DNA of 64,000 bases from an uncultured Candidatus Saccharibacteria bacterium (lineage in GTDB: Bacteria; Patescibacteriota; Saccharimonadia; Saccharimonadales; JAUPVS01). The notes beneath the pieces are model-generated. The model was not told the origin of the DNA, did not search any database, and saw only the letters and a program-made list of their open reading frames with translations. Below, one piece after another: positions 44,203-52,388 of this stretch. A program made the translations under genes and the position numbers. Within the stretch, counting starts at the first letter, position 1. Each line of letters starts with the position of its first letter. Where the stretch lies: assembly GCA_964627095.1 (NCBI GenBank), contig CAZVKH010000004.1:2886-66885 (forward strand), read 5' to 3'.

Positions 44203-44840
44203 TTCTGACTACCCCCAAAGGCCTGCTTAGTCAGAATACTTACTAGTTCCTGTGGGGTATGTGCCAAGTAGTCTGGCTGGTATTTCTTTAGAATGGTTTC
44301 ACCGTTGTAGCCCCAAGTCACTGACACCACCGGGATTTTGCTTTTGTGAGCAGCTTCGATATCGCGCACCTCGTCACCCACATAGATGGCATCGCTGGCC
44401 TTGGCCTTCTGGTCCTTTAAGACAACCTTAAAGACGCGCGACTTACTAAACAAACCGACGTTGCCGTAAACGCGGTCGACATATTGTTCAATTTTTTCAC
44501 GCCCTAAAACCTTGCGTATATTCTCTTCGCTATTCGAGCTAACCACCGAAATCTGAAAACCTTGGTCGTGCAGAGTTTTTACGACAGCATCTATGTCGGG
44601 GAAGGCCTTGAGCTCACCCAAACGCGCCCCTAGTAACTTCTTGCCTTTTATCATTAAACGCAACAGCTGCCAGTATGGTACGCCACTATATTTAATGATC
44701 TCACGCGCCGGCATCTCGCGGAATTTAGCCAACTCCTGGTCGCTCAGATCCAAGCCTGGCACCATCTGCCCGGCAATACTAACCGCCACTGGCAAACTGT
44801 CTACCAGCGTGCCGTCAAAGTCGAAGATGACATGCTTCAT
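44199..44840 (-). CDS. HAD family phosphatase (phosphoglycolate phosphatase-like)
   Basis: Motif I IFDFDGTLVDS, motif II VVSSN and motif IV VGDEVRD. It starts 9 nt after the heliorhodopsin stop, and its own stop overlaps the rsmE start. Confidence 0.7.
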   Translation of the reverse strand: MKHVIFDFDGTLVDSLPVAVSIAGQMVPGLDLSDQELAKFREMPAREIIKYSGVPYWQLLRLMIKGKKLLGARLGELKAFPDIDAVVKTLHDQGFQISVVSSNSEENIRKVLGREKIEQYVDRVYGNVGLFSKSRVFKVVLKDQKAKASDAIYVGDEVRDIEAAHKSKIPVVSVTWGYNGETILKKYQPDYLAHTPQELVSILTKQAFGGSQK

Positions 44841-44849
44841 GAGCCTGCC

Positions 44850-45701
44850 CTACGGTCGAAGCGTCCCAAAGAATACCTGCCAGGCTAAAGCCGACTTGGC
44901 CACCAAACTCAAAATCATATAAACTCGTTCGCCATACAAGTAATCGGCCCACTTGCCGACCTTCTTATACTGCAGATACATATTGACCGCAAAGCTCATA
45001 AAGAATAAGAACATGCTCAGGTAAATCCAGTAAACAAAGCTCGGGATCTGGCCGCTACCGTAGGCCGAAGCGCCGGCTACATAAATACCAAAGACGAACC
45101 ATGGCACTATGCCGGCCAGACAACCAATGTTGTAGCTAATCCAGCTGGTTTTTTTGGTAGTCTGGTTGTGAATCTCCATAACCAAGCCCATCATATTCAT
45201 AATAAAGTCGAGCACAAAGATCATCAGCAAGCTAGACAGATCATAAACACCACTCAACATGGCAATCGCCACCATCATGGTGCTGGCACTGATGCCATAC
45301 TCGAACCAACGCGCTTTGTTGATACCCTTCTTTAGGTCGGCTTCGTAGGTTTTACGATAAACCGTCGCGATTACCAAGTGTGCAATGGCTGACATAAAGA
45401 AGAAAGCCGCCACCAAGTAAGCCAAGTTAACATCAAACAGGTGCCGACTGGCGGCCACCAAAACCGGATTACCACTTTGCGATGCCAGCGTATCCAGCGT
45501 TAGATAGTTGGTTGTTACGGGGAAAGTTGAACTTTGGCTAAGCAGCAATACAGCCACTCCTTGCACAAAATGCAGACCGGCCATCACCAAGTTCCAGCTA
45601 TTCAAGCTAGCCAAACTAATCTTAGGTTTTTTGACCGCTTGCTTGGTTGTCTTGGTTGTTTTTGTAGTCTTTGCGTTCTTTGAGGTAGATTTTTTTGCCA
45701 T
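44850..45701 (-). CDS. heliorhodopsin (7-TM retinal protein, inverted topology family)
   Basis: Similar by eye along its full length to the heliorhodopsin prototype as I recall it. Matching segments are SLNSWNLVMAGLHFVQGVAVL, ARWFEYGISAS (Glu counterion position), GCLAGIVPW, and LQYKKVGKWADYLYGERVYMILSLVAKSALAWQVFFGTLRP (Schiff-base Lys in SLVAKS). Confidence 0.8.
   Translation of the reverse strand: MAKKSTSKNAKTTKTTKTTKQAVKKPKISLASLNSWNLVMAGLHFVQGVAVLLLSQSSTFPVTTNYLTLDTLASQSGNPVLVAASRHLFDVNLAYLVAAFFFMSAIAHLVIATVYRKTYEADLKKGINKARWFEYGISASTMMVAIAMLSGVYDLSSLLMIFVLDFIMNMMGLVMEIHNQTTKKTSWISYNIGCLAGIVPWFVFGIYVAGASAYGSGQIPSFVYWIYLSMFLFFMSFAVNMYLQYKKVGKWADYLYGERVYMILSLVAKSALAWQVFFGTLRP
45642..45668 (-). 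repeat. 9-bp tandem repeat encoding the (KTT)n N-terminal extension of the heliorhodopsin
   Basis: CTTGGTTGT occurs at 45642-45650 and 45651-45659, with a degenerate third copy at 45660-45668. Confidence 0.75.
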
Positions 45702-45707
45702 GCCTCT

Positions 45708-45716
45708 ACTTTAGCA
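45708..45716 (-). promoter_or_regulatory. extended -10 promoter TGCTAAAGT, leaderless heliorhodopsin
   Basis: TGC+TAAAGT (45716..45708), then 6 nt (AGAGGC), then ATG 45701. Confidence 0.55.
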
Positions 45717-45732
45717 CAAAAACAGAGAAGGT

Positions 45733-47052
45733 TTAGCGCTTGTGTCGACGAACGGCGGCGACAGCCACGCCCATACCGGCGACAGCCGTAACACCAGCGA
45801 CTTTAGCAGCTCGTATTACTTGACGGCGACGCTTTTCGTGAGAGTCGTTGGGTTTGACTTCTTCATCAACAGCTTTGTCAGCTGGGATTTGGGCAGCAGC
45901 TATCTCAGGAGCCACTTGTGGGGCGGCCGCAACTGACTCACCAAGCTCGGCTAATCGGCGTTCAACTGCCTGGTTGACGATGAAGTCGAAATCACCAAAC
46001 CTAGCATCGATTATTCTCTGGACGCTGGCCAATTTTTCTTTTACTTCTTGGGCAAATTCTTCTTCTTTTAGGGCGAAGTAGGCGTCAATACCTTCTTTAC
46101 TTAACACTTCGGGGGTGGCCCTAGCAGGAGCAGTTGCTTCAACTGGTTCAGCGGCTGGCTCATCGTCGCCTCTTAGAATTTTAGGAACCACCCTTGTAGG
46201 TGCCGTGCCAGGGATGCGGCGTTTACGGCGACGCAACACAGGCGTGTTGTCAGGGTAGACCATATCTTCTGGAAGTAATGCTGGTGGTAGTTTAACCTTT
46301 TTTCCACGTTTATCGCGGACCGTGTCTCGACGCCAGCCAAGTACGTTGTCACGCTCAGGTATAGCTATATATGAACCCGTCGATCGCTCTTCTGGGCTGT
46401 TCAAATATACCGGGTGAACGTCTTGGTATTCGGCCTTAAGATCGGGGTCAGCGGCTAAAGCATCGGCACCAAATAATTCCTTGAACCGTTCCTCTGTGAG
46501 AACCTTTTTATAGTGCATCGGCTTTGAAAAAAATACTTCGTCAGCTTTTTCACCTTTTAGAGTGTAGTACCTTGGCGCTTCAGTATCTGTTGCATGGCCG
46601 TCAGTTGGTTTGGCAAGATTGGGTGCTGGCGAAGTGGCCGGGCTAGCAGTTGGCCAGCTAATCTTCTTATATAGCGTGTTGGGAGGACTAGGAACGACGG
46701 GCATTGCCTGGGTCTCACCGTCATTAGCTCCTACCACGCGCTTCTTTACATCGCGGGTTGGCGCAGCCGGTTCTGCTGCGGGTGCTGAATCCTGAGCTCC
46801 CTGACCGAACCTGCCAACAAGACCAGTGCCTCGTACAAGACGAGGGGTTATTTCATCGCGTGGCACACCAGTTACTGCAGCTATTGCATCAATGTCTAAA
46901 TATCCTGCCAGTTTCACCTGATCTGGAGTTGGCTGTGCCGCTACCGGAGGTGCTGCGGGCATCTGAATTTCGCCCCAATCTACAATAGGCAAAGCTGGAC
47001 CAGCTTCGGGGCCAGGTGCGGGCACAGCTGAAGGAAAGCGTGGATTTGTCAT
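45733..47052 (-). CDS. hypothetical Pro/Ala-rich protein with C-terminal TM anchor
   Basis: 439 aa, with C-terminal VAGVTAVAGMGVAVAAV followed by RRHKR. No known motif. Start set at ATG 47052, 7 nt after TGTTAGTAT. Confidence 0.45.
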   Translation of the reverse strand: MTNPRFPSAVPAPGPEAGPALPIVDWGEIQMPAAPPVAAQPTPDQVKLAGYLDIDAIAAVTGVPRDEITPRLVRGTGLVGRFGQGAQDSAPAAEPAAPTRDVKKRVVGANDGETQAMPVVPSPPNTLYKKISWPTASPATSPAPNLAKPTDGHATDTEAPRYYTLKGEKADEVFFSKPMHYKKVLTEERFKELFGADALAADPDLKAEYQDVHPVYLNSPEERSTGSYIAIPERDNVLGWRRDTVRDKRGKKVKLPPALLPEDMVYPDNTPVLRRRKRRIPGTAPTRVVPKILRGDDEPAAEPVEATAPARATPEVLSKEGIDAYFALKEEEFAQEVKEKLASVQRIIDARFGDFDFIVNQAVERRLAELGESVAAAPQVAPEIAAAQIPADKAVDEEVKPNDSHEKRRRQVIRAAKVAGVTAVAGMGVAVAAVRRHKR

Positions 47053-47059
47053 AGGTGTT

Positions 47060-47068
47060 ATACTAACA
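47060..47068 (-). promoter_or_regulatory. extended -10 promoter TGTTAGTAT, leaderless 439-aa gene
   Basis: TGT+TAGTAT, then 7 nt (AACACCT), then ATG 47052. Confidence 0.6.
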
Positions 47069-47090
47069 TAAACGGGTTGTTTTTGCAACT

Positions 47091-47588
47091 TTATTTTTCT
47101 GTATGTTGGTCTACGGACTGGTATGGAATATGGCACATTCCCCTGCCGGTACGTTCGGCAAATTTCTGGTGATAGGCTTCGGCCGGGTAAAACTCACTTG
47201 CTGGTGAGATTTGGGTAACAATCGGTTCTGGCCAGTTATCTTGGGCTTCGGCTTTGGCGGCCTCGGCAGCCTTTTGCTGTGACTTGTCTTGGTAGAAAAT
47301 AGCACTGCGATAGCTGTCGCCGACATCGGGACCTTGGCGATTGAGCTGGGTTGGGTCATGCAGTCTAAAGAAGTGTTGCAGTAGAATTTGGTAACTGACT
47401 TGTTTAGGGTCAAAAGTGACCTGGACGGCTTCGGCGTGGCCGGTGTTATGGGTGCAAACCTCTTCGTAAGTGGGGTCTTGGGTATGGCCACCGGTGTAGC
47501 CAACAATTGTTTTGGTGACGCCGGGAATTTGGTCAAAATAGTATTGCACTCCCCAAAAACAGCCGGCCGCGAAAATTGCTTGTTCCAT
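47091..47588 (-). CDS. msrA: peptide-methionine (S)-S-oxide reductase MsrA
   Basis: AAGCFWGVQYYF catalytic Cys motif and GHAEAVQVTFDP. Confidence 0.9.
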   Translation of the reverse strand: MEQAIFAAGCFWGVQYYFDQIPGVTKTIVGYTGGHTQDPTYEEVCTHNTGHAEAVQVTFDPKQVSYQILLQHFFRLHDPTQLNRQGPDVGDSYRSAIFYQDKSQQKAAEAAKAEAQDNWPEPIVTQISPASEFYPAEAYHQKFAERTGRGMCHIPYQSVDQHTEK

Positions 47589-47595
47589 GTTAGTC

Positions 47596-47601
47596 AGTAT
47601 A
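47596..47601 (-). promoter_or_regulatory. -10 box TATACT, leaderless msrA
   Basis: TATACT (47601..47596), then 7 nt (GACTAAC), then ATG 47588. It sits immediately after the terminator at 47606-47637. Confidence 0.6.
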
Positions 47602-47605
47602 GCCT

Positions 47606-47637
47606 AAAAAGAAACCAGCCCTAGTGTGTAGGGCTGG
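47606..47637 (-). terminator. rho-independent terminator after the hdeD-like gene
   Basis: On the minus strand, CCAGCCCUA-CACAC-UAGGGCUGG (9-bp stem) is followed by UUUCUUUUU. Confidence 0.8.
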
Positions 47638-47675
47638 CGTTCTCGGCAAGAGACCGAATGGACTGAATTTTAGTA

Positions 47676-48230
47676 TTATTGTTCGAGTGTTTTTTTGACG
47701 TCTAGTGACAGTGCGATCATCAACGGACCAACAACCAAGGCGTATAGACCAAATAGCCATACGAATGCGACACCGCTAGCGGCAGGTTGGAAGAGCATGA
47801 TTACACCAACTAAGAATGATACCAAACCAGCTAGGATGGTAAGCATACGGCCAGTGGCACTGAGGCCATCTTCGGCGAAAGCCACAACGACTTCGAAGAT
47901 ACCGCGGGCGATGAAGGTCAAACCAACTACCAAAATGAAGGTGGCGAAGGTTACCTGTGGATGGCGTACCAAGTACAAACCAACGGCTGCTTCGATTACA
48001 CCAAGCAGTACAGTTAGTGGCCAGCCACGATGTTGACCCATCGACATAAGACCTTGGAATACGTTAATAACACCGGCGAGCATTACAAAGGCGCTAACCA
48101 GGTATACAAGTGAAACAAGTGTTAGGCCAGGCCAAAACACGGCTGTTACACCAAACATTAATACGGCGATGCCGCGGATTGTTAAAGCCCACCAATTTAC
48201 AGCGAGATTATCTGCTACTTTCTTTGCCAT
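47676..48230 (-). CDS. HdeD/DUF308 family membrane protein
   Basis: Repeated DUF308-type TM pairs (WWALTIRGIAVLMFGVTAVFWP). AAGGAGG SD 7 nt upstream, and a strong terminator downstream. Confidence 0.7.
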   Translation of the reverse strand: MAKKVADNLAVNWWALTIRGIAVLMFGVTAVFWPGLTLVSLVYLVSAFVMLAGVINVFQGLMSMGQHRGWPLTVLLGVIEAAVGLYLVRHPQVTFATFILVVGLTFIARGIFEVVVAFAEDGLSATGRMLTILAGLVSFLVGVIMLFQPAASGVAFVWLFGLYALVVGPLMIALSLDVKKTLEQ

Positions 48231-48318
48231 GAATGGTCCTCCTTATTTGGTCTCTATAAACCAATAATGCACCGCTTTAGGGGTAAATGCAAGCAGAAGC
48301 ATGTTGTAATTATTTTGC

Positions 48319-48621
48319 CTATTCTTGAACTTGAACGTCTTGCCAAAAAGCTACGTAATTACTGAAGTCTTTTTTGACGGCATCGATGGCACTTGGCAAT
48401 GGTTCTGGATAGCTCCAAGCATTGTCTTTGCTAGTCTTATCGCCTTCGACAACGTTGAAGTATTGGCAGACTCCCTTCCATGGACAGGTATAAGGCGTGT
48501 CACTTTTTTGTAAGAACTCGGTCTTGACGCTGGCTGGCGGAAAGTACCAGTTCCCTTCTATGTAGATTAAATCTTCTTTAGAGGCTTCGGCGATTGTTTG
48601 ATTGTTCCAAATTGCTTTCAT
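48319..48621 (-). CDS. DUF427 domain protein
   Basis: AIWNNQTIAEAS..IYIEGNWYFP..CPWKGVCQYFNV pattern. Start set at ATG 48621, 6 nt after TATACT. Confidence 0.7.
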   Translation of the reverse strand: MKAIWNNQTIAEASKEDLIYIEGNWYFPPASVKTEFLQKSDTPYTCPWKGVCQYFNVVEGDKTSKDNAWSYPEPLPSAIDAVKKDFSNYVAFWQDVQVQE

Positions 48622-48627
48622 GCTTTT

Positions 48628-48633
48628 AGTATA
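48628..48633 (-). promoter_or_regulatory. -10 box TATACT, leaderless DUF427 gene
   Basis: TATACT (48633..48628), then 6 nt, then ATG 48621. Confidence 0.55.
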
Positions 48634-48635
48634 CG

Positions 48636-49010
48636 CTATTCGAGCGCGTGGATTTGCGGGTGGTCGAGTCCAAAGTAATGCGCCATCTCGTGCCACAGGG
48701 TGTGGCGGACGTTTTCTTGCAACTCCTCAGGAGTGTTACTTTTATAGGCTAAGGGGTGCTTGAACAAGGTAATCTTGTCGGGCATCAGCTTAACCATGCC
48801 ACCACGGGCTGGCAGCGGGACGCCTTCGTATAAGCCAAGTAGGGTTTGGTCGTGACGCAGTTTGAGCTGGTAGTGTTGTTCCGGCGTCGGGTCATCGGCG
48901 TAGACAATGGCCACGTTGTCGAGTTTTTGGGTGTACTTTTTAGGTAAAGAATCGAGGGCGCGGCCAACAATTAAGTCAAACTCGTCGTCGGTAGGTATGG
49001 CGACGGACAT
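48636..49010 (-). CDS. small zincin-like metallopeptidase family protein (DUF1025-like)
   Basis: C-terminal HEMAHYFGLDH motif. 124 aa. Confidence 0.7.
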   Translation of the reverse strand: MSVAIPTDDEFDLIVGRALDSLPKKYTQKLDNVAIVYADDPTPEQHYQLKLRHDQTLLGLYEGVPLPARGGMVKLMPDKITLFKHPLAYKSNTPEELQENVRHTLWHEMAHYFGLDHPQIHALE

Positions 49011-49014
49011 GGCT

Positions 49015-50547
49015 TTAGGCTTCTAGTTTGAGACGTTTTATTAGCCAGTCGCGCGGCAGCATACTCAAGAACCAACCAGCGCGCGGTCCGGAGTCTTTGC
49101 CGATTAAGACTTGGTAGAGCGTAGTAAATAGCTCTTTGGGGGCAAGCTCGGTTTGGTCCTTGAATTCATAGATGGCTTGGTGGAACCATGCGCCGTCGGC
49201 GTCTTGAGGAGCATCGGCGACTTTTTGACCCAACTGCTGCAGGTAGGTTTTCTGGGCTTCGGATAACGAACTGGTTTGAAGTGTTTGTAGCGGCTCGAAC
49301 TTAACGTCCTCGGGAGCCCACAGCTTAAGCCACTCACTAATAAAAGCTAGTTCCCTAATAATAATGTCGCGATCTTCGCCGACCACCTTACCGTATTCGG
49401 TGCGGGCTAGGATTTCGAGTGTCTTTTGGGCATCTTTCAAAGCTGCCTGGTAGCTGGCGACTAAGTGAGAAAATGGCACACGGCTGACCGTTTTTTCTTG
49501 GCTGCCCCGGTTGCATACGTACAGTAGTTGCTGGTCCGACTCGGACAGGTCGGGCTGGCTACTGAGAGCAGCGTACTCATCAACCAGTTTAATAGTGCCC
49601 TCGGTTTGGTCAAAGTAGAGGCGTTTGGCTGGCGCGTAGCGCAACATGAAGAAGCGCGTTACTTCGGCTGGTAACACCTTAATAATTTCGGTAGCCTGGA
49701 TACCGGTGCCCCGGCTGGCACTCATCTTTTTATTGTCGCCGGCCAGGTTCACAAAATCGTATGGCACGGGGATCGGTGGATTGGCCTTATAAATTTGTTC
49801 CATCATGCCAACGCCGGTGTCAAATGAGCCACCCTTTGTAGCGTGATCACGGCCAAACGGCTCGGCGTTAACGCCAAGCAGCCACCAGCGACCCGGCCAG
49901 TCCAGTCGCCAATCCAACTTAACAGCGCCCTTATCGTAGGCAACGCTCTGAGTGTTACCTTCCTTATCTTCGTAACTAAGGGTCTTGGCTTTAGTATCAA
50001 TCCCCAAGAAGCGACGGTTCTTGAGATAGCCGTCTTCCATAATTTGGATCGGCGACCAGTGCTCATCGAGTTGACGGCCGGCCACAGTTTCGAGGGTTTG
50101 TTTGGCTTGAGCCATATGTTCAAGACAGCGCTCGATAGCCGGTACAAAAAAGCCTTGGCGATATTTTTGGTGACTATAAATAACTTCCATCTCGATACCA
50201 AGCGCCTTGGCACTGGCGATAAAGTCATCCAGAAAATAGTCGGCATAGGAACGATCGGTGCCGTCGGGTGCCGGAATGTCACAGAGTGGTTTGCCCAAAT
50301 ACTTTTCGTATTCGGCCGGTATGTTACCTGGTATCTTACGTAAGCCATCGAGGTCGTCGGCAAAGTGCACATGCCGAGCCTGGCGGCCACGGCGGCGTAG
50401 CTCCAACAGAATAGCGTCACTGGTAATAATCTCGCGCAGGTGCCCAACATGATAGGTACCCGACGGCGAAGCCCCAGATGACACCAGAATTTCACCATCT
50501 GGGTGTTTGGTAATCAACTCATCAACAAGCGTCTGAAGCCACTGCAT
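49015..50547 (-). CDS. lysK: lysine--tRNA ligase, class I
   Basis: Class I signature SGASPSGTYHVGHLRE (HIGH variant) and KMSASRG (KMSKS variant). 510 aa. Confidence 0.85.
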   Translation of the reverse strand: MQWLQTLVDELITKHPDGEILVSSGASPSGTYHVGHLREIITSDAILLELRRRGRQARHVHFADDLDGLRKIPGNIPAEYEKYLGKPLCDIPAPDGTDRSYADYFLDDFIASAKALGIEMEVIYSHQKYRQGFFVPAIERCLEHMAQAKQTLETVAGRQLDEHWSPIQIMEDGYLKNRRFLGIDTKAKTLSYEDKEGNTQSVAYDKGAVKLDWRLDWPGRWWLLGVNAEPFGRDHATKGGSFDTGVGMMEQIYKANPPIPVPYDFVNLAGDNKKMSASRGTGIQATEIIKVLPAEVTRFFMLRYAPAKRLYFDQTEGTIKLVDEYAALSSQPDLSESDQQLLYVCNRGSQEKTVSRVPFSHLVASYQAALKDAQKTLEILARTEYGKVVGEDRDIIIRELAFISEWLKLWAPEDVKFEPLQTLQTSSLSEAQKTYLQQLGQKVADAPQDADGAWFHQAIYEFKDQTELAPKELFTTLYQVLIGKDSGPRAGWFLSMLPRDWLIKRLKLEA

Positions 50548-50553
50548 AGATAT

Positions 50554-50559
50554 ATTGTA
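50554..50559 (-). promoter_or_regulatory. -10 box TACAAT, leaderless lysK
   Basis: TACAAT (50559..50554), then 6 nt (ATATCT), then ATG 50547. Confidence 0.6.
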
Positions 50560-50570
50560 CCTCTTGTTGC

Positions 50571-51029
50571 CTAGCCGATGGCGGCGACTTTGTAGGTTGC
50601 GGATTCGGCTGGGGTTTGGATTTCGACTTCGTCACCGACTTTTTTACCGAGCAAGGCTTGGCCAATTGGTGATTCGTCGGAGATCTTACCGTTAAGCGGG
50701 TCGGCTTCGACAGTGCCGACAACCTGGAATTCTTTGCTTTTGCCGTTGGCTTTAAGAGTAACGTGCGAGCCAAGCTGGACCTTGCTATCGCCCTTAGGTT
50801 TTTTGATGACTTCGACATTTTGCAGAATGTGCTCGATTTCGCCAATGCGGGTTTCGGCGCGTTCTTGTTCTTGGCGAGCTGAGCTATATTCGGCGTTTTC
50901 GGCCAGATCACCAAATTCACGAGCCGCTTTAATTCGTTCAGCGACGGGGCCGCGTTGGGCGACCAGTTCTTTATGTTCGGCTTTGAGTTCGGCAATGCCT
51001 TCGGCAGTCAGGTGGAATGATTTCTTCAT
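50571..51029 (-). CDS. greA: transcription elongation factor GreA
   Basis: AREFGDLAENAEYSSARQEQ coiled-coil finger and a C-terminal FKBP-like domain. Confidence 0.9.
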   Translation of the reverse strand: MKKSFHLTAEGIAELKAEHKELVAQRGPVAERIKAAREFGDLAENAEYSSARQEQERAETRIGEIEHILQNVEVIKKPKGDSKVQLGSHVTLKANGKSKEFQVVGTVEADPLNGKISDESPIGQALLGKKVGDEVEIQTPAESATYKVAAIG

Positions 51030-51089
51030 GGAGTTTTATCCTCTCTTTTCTTTACGGGCACACGTCTGTAGGCGCCTCATTATAACAAA

Positions 51090-52346
51090 CTATTTAGCCC
51101 TTCCGAGGCTTTTTACAACTTCTTCTACCCCTACCATCGTCACGTCACTAGAGGTGCGCTCCTTGAGCTCCACCTGGCCATTCTGCAACGACTTGGCGCT
51201 TACTACCAAACGGTATGGAATACCTAACAAATCGGCATCGGCAAACTTTTCGCCGGCCCGGACATCACGATCATCGTAAAGTGTCTCGATACCGGCATCC
51301 TGGAGGTCTTGGTAGAGCTTGTCGGCGGCCTTAACGACGGTTTCGTCTTCGCCCAGGCGAGCCAGGTAAACAGTAGCTGGTGCGATGTTGGCTGGCCACA
51401 CAATCCCCTTTTCGTCAGACAACACCTCAACTACAGTACCCATCAGTCTGGTAAGGCCAATCCCGTAGGAACCCATAAATACAAAGTGTTCGGCACCTTT
51501 TTCGTCGGTATAAGAAAGATTAAACGGTTCAGAAAACTTAGTACCCAACGAGAAGATGTTGCCGACTTCGATGGCCTTTTTTTCGACCAATTCATCCTTA
51601 GATAGACCAAGATCTTTTAAGGTCTTGTCGTTAAAGACTTCTTTGTTGACGGCGATACCCTTGGCTTCATCAATATAGATAATGTCTTCGCCAGCCTCCG
51701 ATACGGTCTGAAATTCGTGTGAGTAAGTCGAGAACGTGCCACCCGAGGCGAATGTAACGTAGGTGCTATCACCAATACCTAAGCGCTTGTATACATTGGT
51801 GTAAGCATCGGTAGCCTTCTTGTAAAAATCATCGTGCTCGGCTTTGTCTTTAGAAAAAGAATAAAGCGCCTTCCAGTAAAACTCACGACCGCGCATAATG
51901 CCCGACTTGCTACGAACTTCGTTCCTAAAAATGGTCTTAAAATCGTAGGCGTAGACTGGGAGGTCTTTGTATGAAGAAATAAAGTCCTTCATTAGGTTTG
52001 AGTAGGCCTCTTCGTTAGTGAACGACAAGCCAACTTCGGTACCATTCTTTAACTTGGTCTTAAACCAGTTATCAACGACCTTGTCGTCCCAACGGTCGGT
52101 TTTTTCCCAGACATCTTTTGTTTGCAAAGCCGATGTTTTCATTTCTACACCACCAATGTCATTCATCTCTTCGCGAATAATCGCCTGGATCTTCTCGAGC
52201 ACAACCATGCCGAGCGGCAATAAACTATACACGCCAGCCATTTCTTTATGGATGTAGCCGGCCTTAATAAGAAGCTGGGCGTTGCGGGCGACCTCGTCGG
52301 CTGGTGCCTGCTTGCGGGTTTTGGTAAATAGTTGTGTGACGCGCAT
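51090..52346 (-). CDS. proS: proline--tRNA ligase, bacterial-type N-terminus but lacking the INS editing domain
   Basis: MRVTQLFTKTRKQAPADEVARNAQLLIKAGYI and motif 2 FRNEVRSKSGIMRGREF. Only about 50 aa lie between motif 2 and the GNIFSLGTKFS region. 418 aa in total. Confidence 0.85.
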   Translation of the reverse strand: MRVTQLFTKTRKQAPADEVARNAQLLIKAGYIHKEMAGVYSLLPLGMVVLEKIQAIIREEMNDIGGVEMKTSALQTKDVWEKTDRWDDKVVDNWFKTKLKNGTEVGLSFTNEEAYSNLMKDFISSYKDLPVYAYDFKTIFRNEVRSKSGIMRGREFYWKALYSFSKDKAEHDDFYKKATDAYTNVYKRLGIGDSTYVTFASGGTFSTYSHEFQTVSEAGEDIIYIDEAKGIAVNKEVFNDKTLKDLGLSKDELVEKKAIEVGNIFSLGTKFSEPFNLSYTDEKGAEHFVFMGSYGIGLTRLMGTVVEVLSDEKGIVWPANIAPATVYLARLGEDETVVKAADKLYQDLQDAGIETLYDDRDVRAGEKFADADLLGIPYRLVVSAKSLQNGQVELKERTSSDVTMVGVEEVVKSLGRAK

Positions 52347-52358
52347 GTGATTCCTTTT

Positions 52359-52388
52359 ATTAAAAATCCCCTCGTTTGGAGCGAGGGG
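52359..52388 (-). terminator. rho-independent terminator 12 nt upstream of the proS start region
   Basis: On the minus strand, CCCCUCG-CUCCAAA-CGAGGGG is followed by AUUUUUAAU. It lies downstream of the CPBP gene and directly before the AAGGA SD of proS. Confidence 0.65.

Noticed and set aside
49803-50995. Long alternative-frame/antisense ORFs (49803..50498, 49843..50343, 50522..50995, 50713..51279), and similar ones at 18078..18641, 38492..39037, 42921..43565 and 29898..30335
   Set aside because: All lie inside confidently identified genes (lysK, greA, glyQS, secA, the nuclease, the S41 peptidase). Their products are low-complexity, Arg/Ser/Pro-rich and shadow-like, with no start signals.
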